Positions 31,305 through 41,665 of a stretch of DNA of 64,000 nt are shown here, one piece after another. The number at the start of each line of letters is the position of its first letter. The stretch's first letter is position 1. The DNA is from a virus. The notes below the pieces were generated by a model. It had not been told where the DNA came from. It worked only from the letters and a program-made list of their open reading frames with translations, and made no database searches. The position numbers were made by a program, and so were the translations under genes. The stretch is taken from positions 32,001 to 96,000 of the IMG/VR virus record IMGVR_UViG_3300035698_008372; one strand, 5' to 3'.

Positions 31305-31598
31305 ATGAGACGTTTTATTACAATTTTACTATTATTGGCCGTACTAGTAATGACAATCGGGTGTGCAAACCCAAAAACAATTGATGGAATCACCTATGAT
31401 ACTTATGGGCTGGCAAATAAAGATCAGGTGATGAATCCAGACATCGAATACAAAATCGTATTTGGCAATGTGGTCTGGTCCATTATCCTATCCGAAACAA
31501 TTATTGTTCCGGTTTATATGGTAGGGTGGTCAATGTGGGAACCAGTCGGCAAGAAAGACCCCAACGCTGTTAAGGGTCAGATCGGTTATAAACATTAA
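31305..31598 (+). CDS. Lipoprotein
   Basis: Signal peptide with lipobox TIGC. Confidence 0.75.
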   Translation: MRRFITILLLLAVLVMTIGCANPKTIDGITYDTYGLANKDQVMNPDIEYKIVFGNVVWSIILSETIIVPVYMVGWSMWEPVGKKDPNAVKGQIGYKH

Positions 31599-31609
31599 AT
31601 ATAATTCAA

Positions 31610-31635
31610 AGAGCCCCCTTATGGGGGCTTTTTTT
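31610..31635 (+). terminator. Intrinsic terminator
   Basis: AGCCCCC-ttat-GGGGGCT + T-run. Confidence 0.85.
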
Positions 31636-31646
31636 ATGCCCAAAAT

Positions 31647-31693
31647 GAAATAACAGTTGACTTTGTCGTTTTTATCTTGTATCTTGTGATATG
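31647..31693 (+). promoter_or_regulatory. Early promoter copy
   Basis: TTGACT 31657, TATCTT 31680. Confidence 0.85.
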
Positions 31694-31711
31694 GAAAGAG
31701 AATGAACAAAT

Positions 31712-32570
31712 ATGACTGAAGAACATACAATGTTTGAATTAGCTTCCGATATTAAGGATAAGCTATCAGACGTTATCAACCCCGACGATCTAACTGATGT
31801 TATAGAAGTGGTTAGGCAATCTGAAAATGGTGCATATCATTCTGGGTTGGGGACTGTCACAATTAAAAAGTCACGCAAACGGATTAATGTTTACGTGTCA
31901 TTTACTGGTAATACTGGTTCACGTAGGGACAGCGTGAGTACATCGGTTGACACGATATTGGGTGTCAATGATTCGTTGCATAAGTTGAAATACCATAACG
32001 ATGTAATCAAATATGAAACCAAAGGTCATTGGGATTATTTATACGAAATTGAAATATTGGTAACAAAATAATGGCCAGCGATTTAAAAAATGAAATTGCC
32101 CTCGCTGTTGGTAAAGAAAAAGGTCGAATTCTTCATAGTGATTATGTTAAAGAATTGAACAAAAGGCTGGAATTGATATCAAAGGGGACATTGGCACATA
32201 AGGTGTGGGCAGCTATGTGGATGGATAATAAATTGCGAACCAATATGAAAAAAGATTTGAGCACCGAATATTACGATGGTACAGTGGATATGTGCAATAT
32301 GATTTTAAGAGAATTTGACGAAGTATTTTTAGAAGAGGAATTCGTCACACAAGAGGAAGAATAATGAAATTAAAAGATTTACAGCCATACGATAGTTTGA
32401 CATTTAGAAATAATAGAGTATATTTGACGTATGCCGGTTCTATTTGGGATACGCATAACGAAGATTTTACGTCAAAAAAGAACAGAAAATTTGACATTGT
32501 TAGGGTTGAACGAAACGGGGAAATCCTATTCGAAGATGAGGAATATAAAAGGTTACACAATGTTACTTAG
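31712..32570 (+). other. Three coupled small early ORFs (31712-32071, 32071-32364, 32364-32570)
   Basis: TAATG overlaps after promoter; no recognisable motifs. Confidence 0.6.
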
Positions 32571-33504
32571 TAGAAAAGAATTTGGGATGCAAGTATTTGA
32601 GCGGGATATATCACTGTGCGTTATGTGTGGTGAAGAAGCCGTTGATGCACATCATATCATGGATAGAAAATTGTTCAAAGATGGTGGATATTACTTAGAC
32701 AATGGGGCATCATTATGCTCCAAGCATCACATTGACGCTGAAAATGGAACTATTACACCCGCTGAATTGCGTGAAATTATTGGTATCAAAACGGCAGTTC
32801 TACCCAATGGAACCTATGACCCAAGAGTAGATTATGATAAGTGGGGCAATACACAAAAATATTTCAAGTACCCACGCACATATCATTTCCCTTGGTCAGA
32901 GGGGCTACAGAATGATGATAAGATGATGCAGAATCCCAATCAATTTGTTGGTAAAGAAGTAGTGGTCACTATCAAAATGGATGGTGAAAATACTACAATG
33001 TATAATGATTATATTCATGCTCGGTCATTGGATAGTCGGCATCACGCTAGCCGCAATTATGTTAAGGGAATCCATGGGTCGATTAAATACAGAATTCCAG
33101 CGGGTTGGCGAATATGTGGTGAGAATTTGTACGCGGAACATGCGATAAAATACAAAAATTTGGACAATTATTTTCAGGTGTTTTCTATATGGCAGGCCGA
33201 TAATATTTGTTTGTCGTGGAAAGCAGCCCAACATTACGCGGTGGACGCCGGACTAATGCCGGTTAGCACCATATATGAAGGTATATATGACGAAGCTTTA
33301 ATTCGTGAATTGGGTGATGAAATAATGGTAAATGGGTTCAATGGTGATCCAGTTGAAGGTTATGTTGTTAGACTGGCCGACCGATTCCATTACGATGATT
33401 TTGCCGATTCTATGGGAAAATGTGTACGAGCGGGACATGTTGGTGCAACTGATGATCATTGGATGAGCCAATGGAATGAATCAATGGTAAATAAATTAGG
33501 TTAA
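32560..33504 (+). CDS. HNH domain fused to an RNA ligase (Rnl2-like nucleotidyltransferase)
   Basis: CxxC..DAHHI..N..LCxxHH; KYPRTYH, KMDGEN, ICGEN, EGYVVR. Confidence 0.85.
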   Translation: MLLSRKEFGMQVFERDISLCVMCGEEAVDAHHIMDRKLFKDGGYYLDNGASLCSKHHIDAENGTITPAELREIIGIKTAVLPNGTYDPRVDYDKWGNTQKYFKYPRTYHFPWSEGLQNDDKMMQNPNQFVGKEVVVTIKMDGENTTMYNDYIHARSLDSRHHASRNYVKGIHGSIKYRIPAGWRICGENLYAEHAIKYKNLDNYFQVFSIWQADNICLSWKAAQHYAVDAGLMPVSTIYEGIYDEALIRELGDEIMVNGFNGDPVEGYVVRLADRFHYDDFADSMGKCVRAGHVGATDDHWMSQWNESMVNKLG

Positions 33505-33508
33505 TTGC

Positions 33509-33555
33509 AAAATAACGGTTGACTTTGTCATTTTTATCTTGTATCTTCTAGTATG
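33509..33555 (+). promoter_or_regulatory. Early promoter copy
   Basis: TTGACT 33519, TATCTT 33542. Confidence 0.85.
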
Positions 33556-33813
33556 ATAAGAGAGGAACACATGACAAAAGAAGAATTAGAAATTTTAGAG
33601 GATGTCTTTAGGACACCTTATTCCCGTTTAGTGGAAATGGATGACTTTGTTAAATTTCCAAAGGGTGCCACCATATTTTTAAGTGGCATGGTTCACTGTC
33701 CATATACATTGACATTAACACCCAAAAGGGTTTTTGTTGACATGAAAATGGACAATTTTCAAAAAATGCAATTCGATAAAATATTACCAACTTTTAATTG
33801 GAAAATGATTTAA
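33553..33813 (+). CDS. Small early protein
   Basis: ORF after promoter; SD-led start 33571. Confidence 0.65.
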   Translation: MIREEHMTKEELEILEDVFRTPYSRLVEMDDFVKFPKGATIFLSGMVHCPYTLTLTPKRVFVDMKMDNFQKMQFDKILPTFNWKMI

Positions 33814-34527
33814 ATGGCAAATGTAGAACGACAAGACTTTGATAAGTTACAGGAATTTTTGAATACCAATCTGGTGTATCTGTTTAGGAACAGCAGATAT
33901 ATTTCGATTAAGATTGAAAGGGTTCACGACCATTCAATTACTATACTCGGAAACAACATCACCAGCCAATCTGGTCTAACCAACCAAATGCGTATTAGGA
34001 TTACAAGAGATTATGTTGATTCTAATATATCTCCTGGTAGATTTGCATATAACCCAAGTGGAATGTATCTGGGTCACAAAGAGGGTCGGGAACGAAAATT
34101 GGGTAAATTCAAGAAAATTCTACAAGTATCCAATGATCACATGAAAACTTATGAAAATGGGGTTCGTGAAAAACTGGCAGATTTTAATAGGGAAGCTGAT
34201 CATAACACTCTAATGGAGAATGAATTTTCCCGTCATTTTGAGGTTGCCACTTCGGGAGCTCGTGGAGGGAAATTGATCAGTAGGAATTATCAGTATGAAC
34301 CAAAACGCTGGGGCAGACCCAGTGATGAAGTTGAACAATTACCATTGGTTTCATTCAGAAAAAATGAAGATGAAACATATACAATTAATAGGGATTCGGG
34401 ATTCTTTGTGAATCCAGAAGAATTCCAATTCAACGCCCGACATCTCAAGGAATTGGGTGAATTTTTAGAACGAGTCCTTTTTGATAAGGAACACATGACA
34501 GAATTATTGGAGGAAGATGATGATTGA
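33814..34527 (+). CDS. Early hypothetical protein (TGA stop overlapping next start)
   Basis: 237-aa ORF. Confidence 0.7.
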   Translation: MANVERQDFDKLQEFLNTNLVYLFRNSRYISIKIERVHDHSITILGNNITSQSGLTNQMRIRITRDYVDSNISPGRFAYNPSGMYLGHKEGRERKLGKFKKILQVSNDHMKTYENGVREKLADFNREADHNTLMENEFSRHFEVATSGARGGKLISRNYQYEPKRWGRPSDEVEQLPLVSFRKNEDETYTINRDSGFFVNPEEFQFNARHLKELGEFLERVLFDKEHMTELLEEDDD

Positions 34528-35038
34528 GGGAGCACGGAAATACGCGATACTTAGGCACAACAAAGCCAACCAGACCTATGATGGTAAACCATACGAAACT
34601 CATCTGAGTGAAGTTGTAAACGTGGTTGAAGAATATAAACATTTAATTCGGGGATTCCACGAACGGTACGAACATCTGATTTCGGCCGCATGGAACCACG
34701 ACGTAATTGAAGATACCGATACCAGTTATGGTGACTTGGAAAAGGAAATTGGAACCACTGTTGCCGATTTGGTGTATAGAGTCACCAACGAATTGGGCAA
34801 AAACAGAATCGAAAGGGGAATGAAAACATACCCCAAAACACGAGAGAGTGATGCCGCAATATTCCTGAAATTATCGGATAGGATTGCGAACACCAGACGT
34901 TCCAAGCGGAACGGCCATAGAATGTTTAAGGCATACATTAAAGAGTACCCAACATTCAGATACGCTTTGAAAAAGGGTCATCTGTTTGATGAGATGTGGG
35001 CACATCTTGACGAACTATATGGATACGAGGAATCTTAA
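34517..35038 (+). CDS. HD-domain (p)ppGpp hydrolase-like protein (SpoT/Mesh1 type)
   Basis: H..Q..G.PY..H, AAWNHDVIEDT, LKLSDRIAN. Confidence 0.85.
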   Translation: MMIEGARKYAILRHNKANQTYDGKPYETHLSEVVNVVEEYKHLIRGFHERYEHLISAAWNHDVIEDTDTSYGDLEKEIGTTVADLVYRVTNELGKNRIERGMKTYPKTRESDAAIFLKLSDRIANTRRSKRNGHRMFKAYIKEYPTFRYALKKGHLFDEMWAHLDELYGYEES

Positions 35039-35039
35039 A

Positions 35040-36363
35040 ATGGAACCTATTGAAGTGGAAGTGATGTACCACGAGCCACCAATTTATAAGTATATCCCCA
35101 AGACTACAGAACGGCTGCAAGACGAAACGTGGTATCCTGAATTTCATGAATTTTGTGAATGGGCCGCATTTGAAGATTGGTGGAATTATAAGATACTGCC
35201 CGACACGGACGAAATCAGAGAATTGTATTTGATGTTCTATGAAGATTTGAATGATGAAAAATTTGATGGTGATATGGACAGATTGCAATCGTATTGTGAA
35301 TATGAATTACTTGCTATTCCGGGTCTAATTGAAGTTTATAAAGAATTTGGGAATGGATAATGAGAAAAATTAGTAAAATGATTTGTGAACAATGTGGATC
35401 AAATGATGTAAATTTTATAATCGAACATCCAGATTATGATGGATTAATTGAAGTGGATAAAAACGGGAATTTATTTGATTCGGGGCAAATTTTGCATCGC
35501 TCCATAGATGATCTTAACCTAAATAGTTTCGAATTCATTGATGGGGAATGTTTGGATTGTGGGGATTTTAACACTGTTATGGTGTACTTTGAAGACGGTG
35601 TGTTTGAAAAGGATGAAAAGGCTTTTATGCATTTTACCGAATTGGGCACATCCACTAGAACGGAAACAAAATTAACTAAAATTGAAGACATCAATGTTGG
35701 GGACATTTATTTTAATGTCGGGGATACAATCAATGGCGATTTTTCAATTCAACTCATCCAGGTGGAAAAGAAAGCGGTTAGAAGTTTTACTGGTCGGAGA
35801 TATCTATTTTTCTCCAAATTTGCCGAATTGGGGGCGATGAAATATGAAAATGATCAAGTTCGGAGTAAATGTTTTAAAGATGAATTGTGGTTACCGGCTA
35901 CCAATGAACATCTAATGGCGTTTGAAATGTTGGAATTATTGGCATTTCCAAATGGTGAAGTAACATTTGAATCGGCCAAATTGAAAATTCAATCAGCTGG
36001 AGTTGACTATGAAGGATTATTTGGATAATGAGAAAAATCCCCGAAATATTGAAAAAGAAGAGAATTCATTCGTCAAATCATTATGGTCAATATAGGGATA
36101 TTCACGTTCTAGGTGGTGTATGGAAATGGTGTAAGCGTGGCAGTACGATTATGATTGTATCTCCAGCTTGGAAGAAATACACTATTTCTGAATCAGATTT
36201 CACTGGTATATCACACGAAGAACTAAGCCGAGGGGCATACAAGGGGTACTACGTTGGCATAGATCCCGCTCAGGTTAAACGATACATAATGAATACTATT
36301 TGGGGCACTGAGTATCCCCAGAAAATTAATATAAAATATGAAAAAGATAAGGAATGGGAATAA
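35040..36363 (+). other. Three early hypothetical ORFs (35040-35360 acidic, 35360-36028 Zn-binding, 36028-36363)
   Basis: Coupled ORFs; CxxC pairs in the second. Confidence 0.6.
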
Positions 36364-36406
36364 TAAAGCTTGACTTTCTCATAAATATCTTGTATATTAT
36401 AGTATG
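36360..36406 (+). promoter_or_regulatory. Early promoter copy
   Basis: TTGACT 36370, TATATT 36393. Confidence 0.75.
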
Positions 36407-37098
36407 AATAAGAATGACATTATTGGAGAATTGCTTAGAATATTAATTCAGGCCACTATTGAATATGTGGATTCGGTTGAAAAGGAGCTATTTGATTTCG
36501 AAGATAGTAACGATTTACTGTCGGATACCATAACTGATATGGAAGAAGAAAATGAAGATTTACGTGAACAACTGAATGAAGTTTTACATGAATTGGAAAT
36601 ACGGGACATGGATATGAGAAATATATTGGATGATGACAATGAATAAAAAGGACATAATTGCGCGATTAAAAGATTTGAGCCGATTCGATATGGCAGCTGA
36701 AATTGATCCCTACAGTGATCGCATCGGCGGATATTCAACATGGGTTGAAAAAGACCGTTATGAGTTTGGGGATTATGTGGAATGGGATGATATTGCCATT
36801 CTCATAAAAGAGCTGGAAAATGATACAATTTTGGAGTATGACAATGAAACCGATTAATATATTAAATGAACCAATAAAAGTGTATCATGCAAATTTACTG
36901 GAATCTGATGACAATTCAATGTATAGGCGTGAATGCCCATTTTGTGAAATTGGGTTATTTATGGTAAGGCGTGATAATGAAACATTTGTATTGGAAGATA
37001 CTGATAATTGTATTTCATGTGGACAACAGGTGATTTACATGGATATTGACAAAATGAGAGCTAAAGAAAATTTCGAAGAATTAAAGGATGTGGAATAA
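36404..37098 (+). other. Three small early ORFs (36404-36646 acidic coiled coil, 36639-36857, 36844-37098 Zn ribbon)
   Basis: Coupled ORFs after promoter. Confidence 0.6.
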
Positions 37099-38040
37099 AT
37101 GAAAACATTAATTATTGTTAGGGGAGTACCAGGTTGTGGTAAGTCCACCTATGCAAAGGAATTGGTTCGAAAGGACCCACAGAATTGGCTTCGCGTTAAC
37201 CGAGACGATTTCAGGACGATGGCAAATGCCGGAGTATATTCTGAAGTATTTGAAATGGTTATCCAAGATACAGTTATGGCGATGGCTCGTAAGGCCCTAC
37301 AAAAAGGGTTGAATGTGGTTACTGATGACACCAACTTAAAAGGTAAAACCGTATCACAATGGCACAGACTTGCACAGAGTGTGGGTGATGTTGAAGTGAT
37401 AGAAAAATATATTGATGTGGAGCTGAAAACTGCGTTACATCGTAACGCTACTCGACCGTCTGAAGATCAGGTGCCAGAGGGAGTGGTTAAGAAATTTTTC
37501 ACCAAATACATCAACAAGAATCTTAAAGTGACTCCAAAATCATATTGCCCACCAGTGGATAATCCAATGTTCACCAATATTCAGGATCAGAGTTTGCCAC
37601 AAGCAATCGTATGTGACTTGGATGGGACATTGGCAAAGATGGTTGCTAGGGGCCCATACGATTGGGACAAGGTGGATACTGATGCAGTGAATAGCCCAGT
37701 ACGCCACGTATTGGATACATACGGATATTCGAACATGATGCTCAATGAAGATGACGAAGACGAACACGTTGAAATCATTCTATTCTCGGCACGCGATGGT
37801 TCTTCCCGTGATTTGACTGAATCTTGGCTGCGTACACATAACATCCATTATAACCAGTTGATTATGCGTGAAGCGGGTGATATGCGTAAAGACAGTACGG
37901 TTAAAAAAGAAATGTATGAACAATTTCTTGAGGACAAGTATAATATCCTATTTGTTCTAGATGACAGAGATTCCGTGGTCGAATTATGGCGAAACGAAAT
38001 TGGGGTTCCGTGTTTTCAGGTCGACTACGGTAATTTTTAG
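37099..38040 (+). CDS. pseT: Polynucleotide 5'-kinase/3'-phosphatase
   Basis: GVPGCGKST, NRDDFR, HAD DLDGTL, LDDR. Confidence 0.95.
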   Translation: MKTLIIVRGVPGCGKSTYAKELVRKDPQNWLRVNRDDFRTMANAGVYSEVFEMVIQDTVMAMARKALQKGLNVVTDDTNLKGKTVSQWHRLAQSVGDVEVIEKYIDVELKTALHRNATRPSEDQVPEGVVKKFFTKYINKNLKVTPKSYCPPVDNPMFTNIQDQSLPQAIVCDLDGTLAKMVARGPYDWDKVDTDAVNSPVRHVLDTYGYSNMMLNEDDEDEHVEIILFSARDGSSRDLTESWLRTHNIHYNQLIMREAGDMRKDSTVKKEMYEQFLEDKYNILFVLDDRDSVVELWRNEIGVPCFQVDYGNF

Positions 38041-38055
38041 CAGAAAGGTTAAGAA

Positions 38056-38262
38056 ATGAAAATTAATACGGAACACATGAGAAAATTAATGGAAGCGTAT
38101 AATATCGCCGCGAAGGGTGATGATCCATATAAACATTATGCGGCCGTAGTTACACTGCGAAAAGAAATTCAGGGGTTTGAACGGACTCTTGAAATCTATG
38201 AGAAACACATCCATGCAAATATGTTTGCACAGTTGGAAAAAGACTTGCTCAAAGGAAATTAA
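38056..38262 (+). CDS. Small hypothetical protein
   Basis: ORF with SD. Confidence 0.55.
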   Translation: MKINTEHMRKLMEAYNIAAKGDDPYKHYAAVVTLRKEIQGFERTLEIYEKHIHANMFAQLEKDLLKGN

Positions 38263-38275
38263 TTTCAAAAAAGCG

Positions 38276-38322
38276 AAAATAACGGTTGACTTTGTCGTTT
38301 TTATCTTGTATCTTGAGGTATG
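38276..38322 (+). promoter_or_regulatory. Early promoter copy
   Basis: TTGACT 38286, TATCTT 38309. Confidence 0.85.
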
Positions 38323-39454
38323 ATAAGAGAGGACAATCAAATGCATAAAAGTGAAAGAGTCGAATTATTGACTAACGCCCAAGACTTAATTAATGAGGCC
38401 ATCGGCCTAATTGAAGAGGCAGTAAGCGGTACAGAAAACGATATGTCTGCACAGGCATATATTATAGCACACTTGAATAACTGGGCAAATGGTGGAAACC
38501 CATGCGACGAGACAATCCCAGTATTAATTGAAGAAATTGAGGAAAATTAAGATGAGTAAATATTGGTGGGACTTTGAGGGTCCAGATACGGTTATAGTTG
38601 AGAGTGAAAATTCAAATGTACCATTGGCCGAATTTGAATACGATTATATGGGTGGTGATGGAGAAATAATGACACATCCAGACGGCACACAATCTCGTCA
38701 GGGGTGTGCATCGGCCGCAATCGAGTTGGCAGAACAATTTATTAACGATTTAGAAGGACAGAATTAAAATGACATTGCAAGAATTTATTGACGACAACAG
38801 AGCTGAACTCGACTCGGGCATCCGAGCGGCTATAGGTCAACCAAATTTTGATCTTGACGACGACGAACGTGAGTTGTGGATTATGAATGACGAAGGCCTT
38901 TACAACTGGGCTCTATCAGAAGGTGTAGAGGAAATCTAAGATGTCAACCAATCAACTCAAAAAAATGGTGGAAGTCGATTTCGAAAGACATGCTTGTGAT
39001 TTTTGCAATCATTATGTTGAATATGGACCCAACCACGACCATTTCAATTCCAGCGGAGAAACTTTGATATGGGGCGAATCTCAACCGATTTTTATTGACA
39101 AGTGTGCTATTTGTGAAAATGATTTTTGCAACGATCACAAAGGAGTTGAATATTCCGAAGATGGTTCAATTTGCCACAAATGTGCCGAAACATACCAATT
39201 CGATATCAGTGGGGTGTCATTTATTAATATCAAAACTGGTGAAAAAGCCGGAAGCTTCAACCTATAGGGGTGGAATTATGGAAATCACACTGACTCCAGA
39301 AAATGTAAATGACTACCATCTGAATTATCGGAATGGTGTATTACATGCAAATATAATGAGACTGGTTGAAGCTGGAAAATCGGTCGATATTGAAGTGGAA
39401 ATTCAGACCAATGCCCAATTCTTGGTAGTTAATTATGGGGGCAATATTAACTAA
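38320..39454 (+). other. Five small early ORFs (38341-38550, 38552-38767, 38769-38939, 38941-39267, 39278-39454), mostly acidic; one Cys/His-rich
   Basis: Tightly packed ORFs with SD sites. Confidence 0.6.
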
Positions 39455-39486
39455 AATAATTAAAAAAATAGTAAGATTTTTTTTCA

Positions 39487-39514
39487 AAACACCCAAAATA
39501 AAAGGGTGTTTTTC
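39487..39514 (+). terminator. Intrinsic terminator
   Basis: AAAACACCC..GGGTGTTTTT. Confidence 0.7.
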
Positions 39515-39623
39515 TTTGCCTGCTTACTATATATTAATGTGAAAAGAAACACAGGTTGTATGAATTAAATATAACTAATTAAACATTAACGAATGAGCAT
39601 TTAAACACTTAGGAGAAACAAAA

Positions 39624-40388
39624 ATGGCCGATATTAATGCATTAAAAAAACGTCTAGAACAGCTAGAATCAACAAATCACCGTGTAAACAACCTCTGGAA
39701 ACCATCTTCCGGAAAAACCCAAATCAGACTCGTACCTTATAAAATGGATCATGATAATCCATTCATTGAGTTACTTTTTCATTATGACTTAGGTGGCAAG
39801 AACTACTTGTCTCCACTGTCATTTCAGAGACCCGATCCAATCGAGGAATTCTCTAAGAAGCTGCGGGCTTCAGGAGATTCAGAAGGTTGGAAACTGTCTA
39901 AGAAACTTAGTGCTAAGATGAGAACTTATGTTCCAATCGTGGTACGTGGTGAAGAAGATCAGGGTGTAAAATTCTGGGGTTTTGGAAAAACAGTTTACCA
40001 AGAACTGCTCGGATTCATGTCTGACCCAGACTACGGTGACATTACCGACCCAACAAGTGGTCGTGATGTAGTCGTGGAATTCAAAACCGCGGAAGAAGTC
40101 GGTGCGAGTTTTCCAAAAACTAACATTCGCGTTAAGCCAAATGTTACACCATTAACCGCCAATAAGGCACAACTGGATAACTTCTTGGAAAATCAAAAAG
40201 ATGTCCGCGAAATTTATCAGGAACTTTCTTATGATGATTTGGCAGAGGCTCTCAATGATTACCTTAGCCCAGATGCAGAGGAAGAATCTGATACAGCCGG
40301 AGACGGTATGACAAAATCTCAAATGCAGGAACATGTTGAAACTGCTTCCATTGATAATTTCGATGACATTTTTAACAAGAAAAACTAA
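39624..40388 (+). CDS. Single-stranded DNA-binding protein (gp32-like)
   Basis: WKP..IRLVP, GVKFWGFGKTVY, DITDP..GRD, acidic tail. Confidence 0.9.
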   Translation: MADINALKKRLEQLESTNHRVNNLWKPSSGKTQIRLVPYKMDHDNPFIELLFHYDLGGKNYLSPLSFQRPDPIEEFSKKLRASGDSEGWKLSKKLSAKMRTYVPIVVRGEEDQGVKFWGFGKTVYQELLGFMSDPDYGDITDPTSGRDVVVEFKTAEEVGASFPKTNIRVKPNVTPLTANKAQLDNFLENQKDVREIYQELSYDDLAEALNDYLSPDAEEESDTAGDGMTKSQMQEHVETASIDNFDDIFNKKN

Positions 40389-40445
40389 ATAATAAACGAT
40401 ACGGGGAGACTTCACAGTCTCCCCATATTATTTTAGGAGACGCAA

Positions 40446-41564
40446 ATGAGAGATAGAGACGAATTAGCCTCAATGATCGCGGATTCGATTAACAAATCAT
40501 CCGCCGAAAAATCCGCTTTCTTTTTAGATAGCGAAGAATCACCCACAGATGTAACGGATTGAATTTCCACTGGATCATCAGAACTAGATTTAGCGATATC
40601 AAATATGCCCAACGGGGGAATACCCGTGGGTAGAATCACTGAATTTAATGGATTGGAAGGTACTGGCAAAAGTCTTGTCGGTGCTCACATCTTGGCTAAC
40701 GCCCAGCGTAAAGGTGGGGTGGCCATATACATTGATACTGAAACTTCAGTTAGCCCACAATTTTTGACAGCCATTGGAGTGGATGTTAAGAACATGATTT
40801 ATGATCATGTGGAAACAGTTGAAGAGATTTTTGAACACATTGAAAATATTGTGACAAAGGTTAGGGAACAAGATAAGGGCAGACTGGTTACAATTCTTGT
40901 GGACAGTATAGCCGCAGCCAGTACAAAGGTTGAAATGGAAGCCGATTTTGATAAGGATGGTTGGGCAACAAGCAAAGCCATTATTATCTCAAAGGCTATG
41001 AGAAAAATCACACAAATGATTGGTAAACAACGTGTCGCATTGGTTTTCACAAATCAATTGAGGCAGAAGTTGGGTGCAATGTTTGGTGACCAATGGACTA
41101 CTTCTGGTGGAAAGGCATTGCCATTCCATGCATCAGTTAGAGTTAGATTAAAGAACGCTGGCCGAATAAAGGTTGGTACTGGTACAAAAGAACAGGTCGT
41201 TGGAATGAAAATTAAAGCACAGGTAATCAAGAATAGAATGGGTCCGCCTCTGAGGCAGGCCGAATTCAACCTAAGTTTCGCTTCTGGAATTGATGACATT
41301 GGGAGCTGGATAAGAATTTTATCCGCTCATAAGATTGTCAAACAGGCCGGAGCTTGGTACACCATCGAGTACGAGGATAAAGAAATAAAATTTCAGGCAA
41401 AGAAATTTGAAGAGGTTTTAGAGAAAAATCCCAAATTGGAAAAATATCTATACGATCAAATATGTGAAAAAACCATATTGAAATACAGAAATTCTCCAGA
41501 CGAGCCGGTGGTATTGGATGCCGAAGTGGAAGAAATTGAAGAGATGTTGGAAGACGACAGTTAA
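40446..41564 (+). CDS. recA: RecA/UvsX recombinase; in-frame TGA at 40560
   Basis: SD AGGAG at ATG 40446; D[W]ISTGS; GLEGTGKS; DSIAA; NQLR; SGGKALPF. Confidence 0.93.
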
Positions 41565-41665
41565 TCTTCATCGGACTTGGGGCATTTTTGCTTTTTAGGT
41601 TGTTACTCCAAAATACATACATAAATATTAGAAGTTAAGAATGCCCCTTTTTTAGAAAGGTGTAA

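Noticed and set aside
41579-41654. Long hairpin after recA as a separate ncRNA
   Set aside because: Explained adequately as a large-loop terminator or leader structure; no other support
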